This document shows positions 23,171 through 34,899 of a DNA stretch of 64,000 bases, in pieces. The notes beneath the pieces were generated by a model that saw nothing but the letters and a program-made list of their open reading frames with translations, ran no database searches and had not been told where the DNA came from. The stretch covers positions 52,142,001 to 52,206,000 of the forward strand of contig JAGIQG010000013.1 of assembly GCA_024679065.1 (NCBI GenBank), written 5' to 3'. Positions within the stretch are counted from its first letter, which is position 1. Each line of letters opens with the position of its first letter. The DNA comes from Sphyrna mokarran. Lineage: Eukaryota. Made by a program: the position numbers and the translations under genes.

Positions 23171-25658
23171 GGATTATAGGGTTTTAGAATGTAATTTGCT
23201 CAAATATTTTAATAAAAATGGCACTGAAATGTAATTCCCATATTTTGAAGATCGCTTTGAGTTTTGATGTGATAATTGTACTTCATCTGAAGATTTTTGA
23301 GGAAATTGTTAACTGCCCCTAGGAAGAGTGATGCTACATATAAACGACTGAAGAATTCATTCGCATTCTCTTACATCTTCTCTGATTGCAGCCTGCTGCC
23401 ACGCCATCATGAGAGTCAATCCCTACTATTTTACAAAGGAGATCATAAGGGGATTGATTGCATTGAGTGCAGGTCACATGTGCTTTCCTACATGTTTTGC
23501 ACTTAATAGCGATACTCTCACTGGGATGCCATCTTGTAAAAGTGGCATGCTACTGCATTCTGACACAATTTATAAGGCTATACGCTCTTCTGTCATTTTT
23601 CTGGATGACACAAAATTTTCTTAAATTTATCAATTGTATGACCCAAACTATTGCCTTTGGCTTCTGCCAATTCACCAGACAGTGATTCCAATCCCCTCAA
23701 TGACTCCATCTGTGGTTGAATCATATTGTTCACATTCTTAGCGTCTGAACTGACCCCGAGCTATGCTCCTTAATCCATGTTTTTTTTTGATGTTTTACCT
23801 TTATATAAATACAAGTTGTTGTTTCTAAGGGAGTAAAAAAAATTGCTAAACAGATATTGAAAATGGTACACACCGTTACACTGAGACCTTGTCATTACAT
23901 GAAGTAATTTAAAAGCTACAACAGAGGAAGTATTCACAATAAGGAAGGAGGCAGATCTGAGTTTCTGTGCATTGCAGCCCAATTAAATCACTATCACCAC
24001 CACTCCCTAAGTCATATCAGCCTCTATTTATAAGATAAAGTCATTTTAAACTCAAGTACACAACGTACGGTCAATCACAAGTCAGGGGAGGTTCAATTCA
24101 TCAAAAAAAAAGCATGCTCATATCAGAAACTCATGTCAGAAAGTCACCTTTCCACAATTACCAATCGATCCCAGAACCAACACACAGGGACAAATTGCTT
24201 CTAAACCACATGCTTTTAAATGGAACAAGCTATAAAGCATGGCAGGGTAACTTTCTAAAAACTACAAGCAAAATCTATTAGACAATAAGCAGTTAGGTAT
24301 CTCACTCTGATGACCTTAGTTTACTTCCGATCACAGTCTTTGCACTGTAATAAAAAAAAACACTTGCTTAGAAGCAGAATGGTATGCTGTTATTAGGAAA
24401 TACGTCCCACTGAAAAAAATAAAGAAAATGTATGGGCCCAATTAGTTCTTAATGTGAGCAGTCTAAATTCCCAGGCCCTCTCTGTTGGTTATTTTTTTAA
24501 ACATTTGTATTTCCATAATTTATAAAGCTATCAGAATTGATGTGCCCTATTTTTGCTATCTTACTGGTTCTCCAGATAAAGCATCAGTACACTTTCACTT
24601 AGTGTGTTTAGTTAAATAGAAATAAAATGTGTCCTTCGAGGTGAATTCAGCGTAATCGGTGTAAGCTTTATGTGTTTAACTTGAAGGTGTTTCATGAATC
24701 TTTCTTCCTTGCAGAAAGACTGAGCGCAATTGAGCTTCCTGTACACTAGCCTCATGAATATAGCGAGTTTAATTTGAGATCGCCCAGTTGCTATGTGGGA
24801 CCAAAACATAGGCTTCTGTAGCATGTGTCTGAGCAAATAGAAATGCAGCTTCAAGCACATTGTATTTTGCTATTCAATCTTCAGAACTGTTATAACAATG
24901 ACCCATATGAGAACGCAATTTAGTGATAGTTGAAGGTTCTTTGAACACAGCGTGGAAAGGGGAGTAAAGAAAAATTACATTGATACCAATCATATTTAGG
25001 CCTGATATGATAAGTTGGGGAAACTGAACAAGATGGAAAATCTGACCGAACAGTAAATTGCAGTGAGTGAGTGTGGGCCTCTGACAGTTTAGATGCACTG
25101 AATGTGTGTGTATGTATATCTTAATAGGCTGAAGTTTGTTTGGAATGGAAAGCATCCTCGGCTTAGCTAATGTGGTGCCAGAATTCCAATTTCAGAAGTT
25201 AGCATTCAGGGTATCAGGGCAAAGGGTGAGAGGTCATGTGCTGGGTCATGATAAAAGGGCCAGAAAGTAGGTAGAGGGGCACAGACTGAAATGCAACATA
25301 TGAGGAGCTATGACGTAGCATGGCTTGGCATGGATGGAGCATGCTAATTATGTCAGGTGGTGTAAAGGGACATGAGGGATGAGGCATGTTTTTTGTTGAT
25401 TTTTCTTACAAGTCCTGGAGCACCGAAGTGGGCCATTTGTAGTCTGCATCTGTACTCAGCAGTCCCTATGGCTATCTCCAAACTCTCTCTGGCTTGGCTC
25501 CAGAGGCTTGACTCTTCCCAATACTTACCCCCTCTCCCATCCCCGCTGCAACTGGAACCAAAGCACAACACCCGCAACACTTTCTCCCAAGTCAGGTTTG
25601 TGGTGTCAGGAATTGCCCCAACTGTGTACTCCTGACTTGAAAATGAAATTTCAGTTGA

Positions 25659-26252
25659 CAGTGTGTGTCTGGGTCTCTAGTGGTTAAGAAGCAGTATAGT
25701 CTGGGTCTCTGGCTGTTTAGATTCAGTATATATCTGAGTCTCTAGATGTTTACATGCTGTGAATGTTTGAATCTCTAGCTATTAAGCTAAGGTCCATCCT
25801 GAGTCTCCAGCTATTTCAATGCAGTGTATGTCTGGGTCTCAGGTGTTTAGATGCAGTATGTGTCTGAGTCTCTAGCTGTTTAGATATTGTGTATGTCTGG
25901 GTCTCTTGTTGTTCAGATGCCAGGGTTTAATATGTGCAATGTGTATCTGGTTGTCCAGATGCAGTATTTGTGACTGAATTTAGCTGCTGGATGCAGTGTA
26001 TGTCTAAGTCTCTGGTTAATTAGATGCAATGTGTTGTGTCTGGTTATCTGGTTGTCTAAATTTAGTCACAAATACTGCATCTAGACAATCAGACACACAC
26101 TCCACATATTAAGCTTGAGACCAGACACATGGCATCTAAACATACATGTGTGTGCCTGGTTCTCTCACTGTTCAGATGCAGAGTGTATTTCTGCTTCTCT
26201 GGCTGTCCAGATGCAGTGCTGTGATGGAATTTCTGATTGTCTAGATACAGTG
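25659..26252. repeat. Degenerate ~33-bp minisatellite, consensus about GCAGTGTATGTCTGGGTCTCTAGCTGTTTAGAT
   Basis: Adjacent tandem units with no unique spacers. An internal block at about 26056-26147 is in the opposite orientation. Confidence 0.9.
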
Positions 26253-27474
26253 CATCACTACTTGTTATATGTTGCTTTCTCCTTGCAGTCATTTTGTTCA
26301 GAATCAGGAAGTCTTGCATCCGCAACCTTATCCCAGCAGCAACCTGTACACGTGAGCAACTGAGTCTACAAGTTTGGCCCTGGGACAAGGAATATTGTTT
26401 TACATTATAAAGGTGGGCAGGCAGATAATGATTACGTTGCCTAGAATCAGAAGTAAAACAGTGTAATTGTACAGCTAATTTCCATTCAAAGCAATGTTTA
26501 ATGTAGTGGAGTGGTTTTGTTACAAGAAGTTAAAAAATTAATAGCCATTTTATCTGCTTTAAGAGTCATCTATTCTGAATATGAATTAATTGGATCCATG
26601 TACAAATTTTTTTTTTGTTACTGTCTACATAGTAAGCGGCCGGGGGAAATCAGTGAAAGGGCTGTTTCCTCATTCTCTTGAACTTTCCACTTAGGTTTTG
26701 GTCTCCAGGTCCCCTATCCCGCACTATGGAACATGTTGTCGGTTAAGGTTTTGGTCTGTGATAATTAATGCAGACAATCTGGCAATTTTAAGGGATGAAC
26801 CAAGGGATGAACATATGGAAATCGATCTTGTAAAAATATGCCAACTATTTCTTGGAGATATACTTTGTACCTTTATTATAAAGCAATCAGGAAAAAAATA
26901 AGTTCTGTTTGGCTGTTCACATCACTGAAAATGTAAAATATTTATTGTGGTTTTGTTTTAATTTCAAGTTTATGTTTGTACTGTGGTCGAAAATCTTGGG
27001 TTGGGAATGCATCCCCTGACATTACATATATTAAAATAGGAAAACTTACTTCTGTGTTTAAGATTTAAGCAGTGGATTCCAGAAACATACCATACTAGTT
27101 AAAATGGGGAATTCCTGCATAGAGTGAGTGTATTTCCTTTGTCAATTCGTAAAGACACAATTTATGGAAATTGACATTTGGAAGATCTTACATCCAGTTT
27201 CTATAGCTGCCTCTATGTTTCCCCAATGCCTGTGCCAGTCAGGGTTCAATACAGCCAGCATTAGGAAGATCTAGTATGAATGAATCTTTTAGTCTTTAAT
27301 CAAATGGTTCAATGCCTGTAAGTTAGAAACCTGTATCACTGGCACAGGAATTAGTGAAGATAGAAGCAATTTTCAACACATCTCTAATGCTATCCCTATT
27401 TCTAGTTTTTATACTAAATAAGAATCCTTTACACCTTTTTGATGAGTATGAATAGTTTTAAAAGTAGTACATAC

Positions 27475-27535
27475 TTGATATAGTAGGGCACTTTGTTGGG
27501 AGATATTGCCCGCTCCCAAGGATCCTGGACAGAAG
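27475..27535 (-). CDS. DMD: Dystrophin exon 62 equivalent (61 nt): (T)SVQDPWERAISPNKVPYYI(N), first half of the WW domain
   Basis: Acceptor cttcttgtttccag|CTTCTG and donor TATCAA|gtatgt. Size and phases match dystrophin exon 62. Confidence 0.97.
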
Positions 27536-28226
27536 CTGGAAACAAGAAGCCAAAGGAAAAAAAGGTCAAGCCCGGAGTAAATAAAAGGAATACGTTAATC
27601 ATTAAAATGACTATTTTTATACTCAGCTCAGCAGATCTCCATCTGTTTTGCTCAGCTGCCCATGAAGAAGGGAAGATTAATTTAGTGGACTGAGAAATTT
27701 TACCATAATCTGTTTGAAATTGAACCCTTTCACCACAAAAATAACGGTGGAGCACATGGGTCACAAACCTAAGGAGTCGATAATTACAGTATGCATTGCT
27801 TTTAATGTCATCATCCCATTTTGTAGCAAAATATAAACAGTACAAACATATTTAATAAATCACCAGTGAGATTGTTTAGTAATATTGCATTACCCACTGC
27901 TATTATTATAACTATAATATTAATATGATTCAAAAGAACTAAAAAGAAATCTGTAAAATATTGTGAAAAACCAAATACAGGGTTTGAGACTAAGTGCGAG
28001 TGAGAACAAGAAATGTTTTGCATTGAGACGGCCAGCTGGAAAACACACCAAATCATCCAGCTGTGACTTAATTAGTTACGTATCCGAGTGCTTTGTGCTA
28101 TTTTCTGTGGTGGGGCAGTCCTGGATAACATGTAGCTAACTGTCATCTCCAGGTGCCATATTGGTAAGGTGTTCAATATCACTGACCTACTATTGAAGAA
28201 AGAAAATGGATCTCCTGAAAATGAAG

Positions 28227-28663
28227 ATGGATTTTCTAGAACATACTGATGCTGGAAGGTAGATCCGCTTCAGGACACCAAATCTAGAAGCTCCTCTGAC
28301 TCACTGCTGTGGTATCCCAGGGTCCAGGGTTGCAGAAGGCCTCTATCCTGAGCTTCAGAGGCAGGCTCAGACATTGTTCAGATGAGTCCCAACATCTATA
28401 TGCCAAGTTGTTCCAAACATGTTTCTCACCGGCATGTTTTCCCCCGCAACATTGTGGAGAATCTGACATGGGAGGTTAGGCCTTCATTTCATTAATAAGA
28501 TGCAAATGACGTTCACAGTGGCGTCTGGTGAGTTTTCCAACCCACCATGGCCAGCACCAGCAGATGATCCCACTGTAAATTCATGCTGGCATGAAACTAC
28601 TTCCTGGTTCTCCCAGCATGGCCAACATCAACCATGCCAGTAGGAGCTTGCGAGAATTCCACA
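28227..28663. mobile_element. MITE (GC-rich, degenerate terminal inverted repeats)
   Basis: GATGGATTTTCTAGAAC... and ...GCTTGCGAGAATTCCACAC termini. Confidence 0.5.
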
Positions 28664-28796
28664 CGCAGCATAATGCTCTTGTTTAATTATGTCCTTATTC
28701 TGACTGAAAGTGCAATGAGATTAGTGAATAAACATTCAAGTGTTATATCAAGATTTTTGGAGATTATCATTTGAATGTCCCTATTCTGCAGTTAAT

Positions 28797-29130
28797 TGTC
28801 AACTATGGCTTAGTGGTAGTATACTCATCTCTGAGCCAGGAAATGTGGGCTTGAGTTCCACTCTACAGACCTGCGTGCTGAAGGAGTGTTGACATGTCGG
28901 AGGTGCAAAGTTTCAAATTAAATCTTTAAGTGAGGCCATGTCTGGCTTCTCAGGTAAAAGTACCCCCCTTTCAAAGAGTTCCTGGTAATTATGGTCTAAA
29001 ACTTATTAACTGGTTGACATTACATTGCCATTTGTAGGCTTATGCAGTGTGCCCCAAATTACAATAGTGTCTTCAAAATTGCTGTAACTTTCTTTGGGAT
29101 ACCCTGAGATTGTGAAGAGTACTAGTGTGA
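28797..29130 (+). mobile_element. Deu-domain SINE
   Basis: tRNA-like head (TGGCTTAGTGGTAG...GAGTTCCAC). Similar to the reverse complement of 11640-12088. Confidence 0.65.
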
Positions 29131-29317
29131 ACCCAATGGCTTTCTGTATAAAAGTATCATTTGGTCCATGCGTGCAGGTCACCAAGATCCCATTTCAAAC
29201 ACTAACTTCATCTGAACAGCAGTGATGAATTTGGGTTTATGAAGTTTTAGTACTGCTCAAAATAAACTAGCAAAATTTATTTTAGTTTGTCACAAGGAAA
29301 ATATTTTGTTAATGTGA

Positions 29318-29657
29318 CATTGTGGCACAGTGGTTGGCACTGCTACCTCACAGCTCCAGAAACCTGGGTTCGATTCCCAGCTTTGGTCCCTGTCTGTGTA
29401 GAGTTTGCACGTTTTTCCCGTGTTTGTGTGGGTTTCCTCTGGGTGCTCCCGTTTCCTCCCACAGCCCAAAAATGTGCAGGTTAGGTGCATTGGCTATGCC
29501 TAAATTACCTCTTAGTGTCCCAGGGTGCGTGGGTTAGAAGGATTAGTGGGGTAAATATGTGGAGTTACAGTGATAGGGCCCAGGTGGGACTATTGTTGGT
29601 GCAGACTTGATGGGCTGAATGGCCTCCTTTCGCACTGTGGGATTTCTATGATTCTAG
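29318..29657 (+). mobile_element. HE1-type (V-domain) SINE
   Basis: A box TGGCACAGTGG, B box GGTTCGATTCC, core GTAGAGTTTGCACGTTTTTCCCGTG, and CR1-derived tail GATGGGCTGAATGGCCTCC...ATTCTATGATTCTA. Confidence 0.9.
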
Positions 29658-30779
29658 AATTTCTTGCTCCACATCTACTTGGAGTTGATAGGGGACAGTG
29701 CCAAGTGGAAATTTAAAAAGGATAGAGTGACAGTGAGTGATGGGAATTATGCTATTCTCCCAAAATTAGCACTGAAATTATTGAGTACCCAACAAAGTTG
29801 GTAAAAGTATATTCCACAATGTGAATCTTATTATTTCTACTGTTAACAGATGAAAAAGTAATTTTGAATAAAATTGTACTATTCCAACAAGAAAGGAGGC
29901 CACATGAATATTGGTAAATTATATAATGGCACCAACAAAGTGACTAAAACCTGCAGCAATGTTGAAATTGCTAGAGCAACCTTTACAGAAAGGAAAGGGG
30001 TCCAGTTAATGATCTATTGGCATCATTACAGTGCACCATGAATATTCACAAACTTGCTTCCCGTCATGTTTACTGATGATAAATAATGCAGTGTTAATGA
30101 AATCCCTGTACGTACATGATTTTAATTTTTGAAAGGAAAACTGTATGGTCAGTCTATAAGAACATTTATAAACTTTATTAAAAAACTCCACTCAGAAAAT
30201 CTACCGAATAGCAGCAGAAGCAGACTGCTTTGTAGTATCATACAATCCTACAGATGGAGAATTTCTCCATTATACAGCAGGACTGACAGCCCATGCTCTT
30301 CAAAGGCATTGTTCTCAAATAGTTCAGAAAGATATCTACAGCCTAGTGAGTGGAAACCTTCCTGCTGGTCTGTACAATCATACGATGTTTAGCTTACTGA
30401 TAACCAGGAAACGGTTCATGTGAAAAGACATGCAAAACTTGGATTTGAATTGTGCCTTTCACAGCTTCAGGATTTCCCAAAGTGCTTTGCAGACAATTAA
30501 GTGTAACAATGCTATCACAGTTATAATTTATTCTGATATAATGCATGGTGTATTTAAAGAATTTTAACACCCCCAGAGGTCCAAACACTGCTTCAATACA
30601 TTGTCCCTCATACGAGCATTACCATCACTGGCTGCTTCAGAATTAAATGTATTATAAGCTGCCTCGACAGCTCTGATCAGAAAGCACTGTGCTTTCTGGT
30701 GACAATGATTAACATACAATAAGTAGACATTTATCCACAATCTCTTCTATTGTATACATACAAAAATCTGAAAACACTT

Positions 30780-31000
30780 GCCAACAGATTCAAGAACAAC
30801 TTCTTCCCTGCTGTCATCATACTTTTGAATGGTCCTATCATATATTAAGCTGATCTTTCTTTTCAGCCTATCTGTAACTGCAACACTATATTCTGCACTT
30901 TTCCTTTATGTATAGTATATTTTTGCCCGTATAGCACACAAGAAACAATGCTTTTCACTGTATCCCAGTAATAAGTGACAATAATAAGTCAAATCATAAT
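30780..31000 (+). mobile_element. Rex1/Babar LINE 3' end
   Basis: AACAGATTCAAGAACAACTTCTTCCCTGCTGTCATC...GTGACAATAATAAGTCAAATC. Same family as 45672-46712 and 53345-53712. Confidence 0.75.
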
Positions 31001-32122
31001 AAATTTTTATTCAAGCCCTTTATGAGGAATCATTACAGTGGGATATATTTGAGGAACAAATCATTTTTTGAAGGATAACTGTTTAAGTCCTGAACAGAAT
31101 CCCCACCACTCCCTCCACCACCACCTTTGTACTGCTCTCTTAATGATAACTTAGCTTTGGGAAATGGGGTGAAGGTTGGGGGCGTTAAAATCCTTACAGC
31201 GGCCTTCTCATCTGATTTTCATACCATGTACTATATTAGCAGCTGTGTCTTGACCAACCAGTGAAGCCCAAGCACCAGGTAGAGTAGGCCCTCATAGAAA
31301 TTCACAGCATTGAACACACAATCTAGCCTGAAGTTTTTGTGTGGTCCAGAATGGGTGGGTGTTTCTGATATTTACTGGAAATGGTAAGAAAAAGATTTGT
31401 CTTATTTGCTTCCAATGCCCATTCCATAACTACTCAAAATTTAGGTGATTAGCAATGTTCCCTCCATGCTGTCTGGCCATGCAGCAATCTGATTGCTTCC
31501 ACAAAGGCCAAATGCACAACTTGGTCCCTTTAAATGACCTGCATGACTGTGTTAAAAGACTGAAGAGCTTTGCACTTAAAACAAATAATTCATGCATTAC
31601 AAAAGTAAAACAGAGCTGGCATTGCTGATAAGCTCGGGAAAATCTGTGCTATGATGTTAAAGTAGAGAGAAAAATAAATCATGATTTCGAATCATGATCC
31701 TAACAACTGTTTGGTCCCACCTTGTCTCCTGTCAGACTTGAGGATTGCCAAAAGATAGGAGTCCTAAACACATATCTGAGACAATAAGTTTAACTATCAT
31801 GCTCCATGTTACTCAGATTAACAGATGTTGTTTGGTTTATCGTGATTTTGAGTTTCATGTAAAAAGACTTAATTCAAATGACTTATGTTCTAATACATTG
31901 AAGCAAGAGTTCAAAGAAAATAAAAATGTTCCTTCTGTATAGTGACTGGAAAATAAACCATGTTAAATTGTCCTGAATGCCTTTAGACACCAAGTTATAA
32001 CATATTTGAATACACTTGTAAATAGAAAAAAAATAAAAATTAATGGATTGTTTTATACATAAAAAGAACTTTCAGAATATCATTGTAGAATCACTCCAGA
32101 ATAATATGAATCCATTACTTAC

Positions 32123-32201
32123 TAGACAGGAAGTGTTGGGATGTGGGACCAAAATCCCTATGAGCCTCACTCAGTTGCTTCAAGCGTTCATCTATGGACA
32201 C
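32123..32201 (-). CDS. DMD: Dystrophin exon 61 equivalent (79 nt): [26 protein letters not shown](T)
   Basis: Acceptor ttctctttcttttcttcag|GTGTCC and donor TGTCTA|gtaagt. 79 nt, in frame with exon 62. Not in the ORF track. Confidence 0.96.
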
Positions 32202-33629
32202 CTGAAGAAAAGAAAGAGAAGGAATTATTAATATGGTTGAAAGGGATGTAGCCAACTATCAACTTTATCAATTGTATAACATTTCTGCATTAATCAGCTT
32301 TTCAAGGAGCTAAAATGTGAATAACACTGGTAGGTCAATCTTCATTTACTATGACTCATAATTTTTTACCTTAATTTTATTCCTTTTAGACTAAAAACCT
32401 AGACAAACTCCATGACAAGAAATTAAAAAGAAGATGGCTGGGAATGTCATTAATTTCTGTTTTAACTCTACTGGGATTTTTTTCCTTTGTTCTTCCAGTT
32501 GTATAATAATAAAAAAACTATATTTTTAATAGTTATCCATATGAGAACTTACTGCGTTTTTCTGGTTACAGCTTTACCTAAAATGGCAATTTCAATTTAT
32601 ATTTTTGGTATATCAGGCTCTTCAAGGAGTGTGTGTGAAGGGAAGTGGAACAATTTTCTTTTTTTTACACAGTTACATGGGAATTACAACACATTTTACA
32701 CTGCCTCAGTAACATTCCTTAGTCTCAGTCTCAGGAGGATGCCTGTCCATGGCCCTCAACCAATTCCTCCATTTCCTACAACTTGGCTGCCTTTTAACTT
32801 TCCTCAATCAATGTGCAAGTTAATGCCAAATTAGGGACAGATTTGTCCTGTAATGTTTATGCCAGCTGAAATAAATTTGCAATCAAGTGGTCTGTACAGG
32901 ATACAAATCCAGTTCAGAATGAAAGACGAATGTTCTGACCCAAACTACTTGAATTCTTTCTTTATAAACTATATTGATACTTAAGAGTGCAAATGAGCAA
33001 AGGAGTCTGGAGTTTAAGTCAGGGTTATATAACAAATGGTTAAATTAATTTTGTGTTCTATCATCAACTAAGATCGTTACAAATACTGTACTGAATAGAT
33101 GAAAAGTAGTCCCAATCCCACCTGACACACTGAAATAAATAATCAAATTAGTCTTGTGACTGACATAAATTGCCAGCAGTTTTAAAAAATTGTGTTTGTA
33201 TTTTATATGGTTACCTCAACAAGGGATAGTGATGCTGCGCAACTCAACAACAAATGTTAACACCTGCTCTTTTTACTGCTATCTTAGCAAAAATGTGAAC
33301 TTGCTTATATCAGCAATCTTTTGCAAATGTGCAGTATAACACTACTGACTAAATAGAAACCATCAGCTTTTTGTTGAAGATCAGTTGGGTCCATCATGAA
33401 GAATGGCTTGGTCGTAGCACCACTGACTGTGCTGGCTGAGTCCTTGCAAAATCATAGAAGGTGGCTATTTGGCCCATTGAGTCACATCAGTTCTCTGCGA
33501 GGGTGATACTTTTAATTCTGAAATGCCAGCTATGCCTTTCAGGCATAGCTGGCAGCTTAGGCTTGTGATGGTGATGAATGTGCCAACCTCAAAGAATAAT
33601 TTGACCACAACATCACCAACCTGCCTGGA

Positions 33630-34810
33630 TTCTTCTTCAATGATCACTCACTAACCCCATTCACTGGTCATGGGATCAGTGGGTCCTTGCATAGCTGATG
33701 AGCCTGATTCTAGAGTCACACCTTTCACCGGGAGAATTGGTCCTTGGATTTGAGATATTTGGCATTCCTTTTTCAGGATCCATTCCTATCCTCTACAAGG
33801 GTGATCCTTCTCATTTTATTCCCCTGCCCTTTTCTCATGAAAGTCATAGTCTGCAGCCTGAGTTTATGGTAGGTGATGAGTGTACCAGCCTGAGGGAAAC
33901 TTGTTGTCTCGTGTTCTCAAATAGTTGTGTTCTTTCAATCAGAAGATTCATCCAGTTGGGTTTCTTCTAAGCAAGGGTCTTCCAGGCATTGACAACTATG
34001 TTGTATTTCTTGACAAGTGCCTTCAGGATGTTTCTTAAGTACTTCCTTTGTCCTTGTTCATTTGTCTTCCTTTGACTCCATGACCTGTGACATGGGGTTA
34101 GTGAGTGATCACTGAAGAAGAATCCAGGCAGTTAGAATAGTGATGTTGTGGTCAAGTAAGTTATTCCCTGAAGTTGACACACACATCACCCATCACAAGC
34201 CCAAGCTGGGTGAAGATGATTTGCTTTGACAGTTGGGCCTCTGGCATTCTAAGTACATCGCCAGCACAGCAGAGTTTGTTTCAGATCATCATGGTCCTAA
34301 TGCTGGTGCTCTTGGCTCCATCAAGGGTGCTGATGTTTGCATACTCTGATAATGAGAATCTGTCTCAGGCAGCATTGATTGTGCCTCTCGGGGGCCTTGA
34401 GGTGGCCACTGTATGCAGTCCAAATTCCTGAGCTATATTAAAAAGTTGGGAGGACAACTGCCTATGAGAATTGTAGTATCAATGTGAATGTCATGATCTT
34501 CAAAGACTCTCATCCTTAGGCATCTGAAGGCCCACAGATTGGATACAATGTTGGATCTACACATCAATGGCAGCCTCCGATAAGAGGGAGGGATAATGTT
34601 CCATCCTTAGCAGGGATTCTCCAATGATCTTGATGGAAGAGGAAACCGGATCTTGCCCTGCAGCAGGTTGGTGAAGGGCTTGCATCTTCTTGAGATTAAA
34701 GCTGAGACTGAATCTTGAACATGCTTCTGCAAAAACATCCAGCGTGGCAGGGAGATACTCTCCTGAGAAGGAGAAAATGGCGTTATCATCCACTTGAGTC
34801 AATGTCAAAT
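33630..34810 (-). mobile_element. RTE (BovB-like) LINE 3' part, degenerate
   Basis: RT-like DDNAIFS...FAEACSRFSLSFNLKK, followed by LRMPEAQLSKQIIFTQL, GQRKYLRNILKAL and SRIRLISYARTH. Confidence 0.8.
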
Positions 34811-34899
34811 GGAATAGACGATAGGGGTTAGCAATACATCATCCTTATGGAGTTCAATTCCATCTTCATGCTGAGCATATCCTACATAAAACCTCACAG

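Noticed and set aside
25659-26252. Regular ~33-bp periodicity resembling a CRISPR array
   Set aside because: Units are directly adjacent and degenerate, with no unique spacers and no cas genes, in a vertebrate intron. It is a minisatellite.
26289-26351. Plus-strand 63-nt exon-like segment (ttgcag|...CAC|gtgagc), open in all three frames
   Set aside because: No recognisable peptide and no partner exons. Isolated splice-like motifs are expected by chance, although an antisense non-coding exon is not excluded.
29318-29390. tRNA gene (A and B boxes present)
   Set aside because: It is the tRNA-derived head of an HE1-type SINE and continues into the SINE core and tail.
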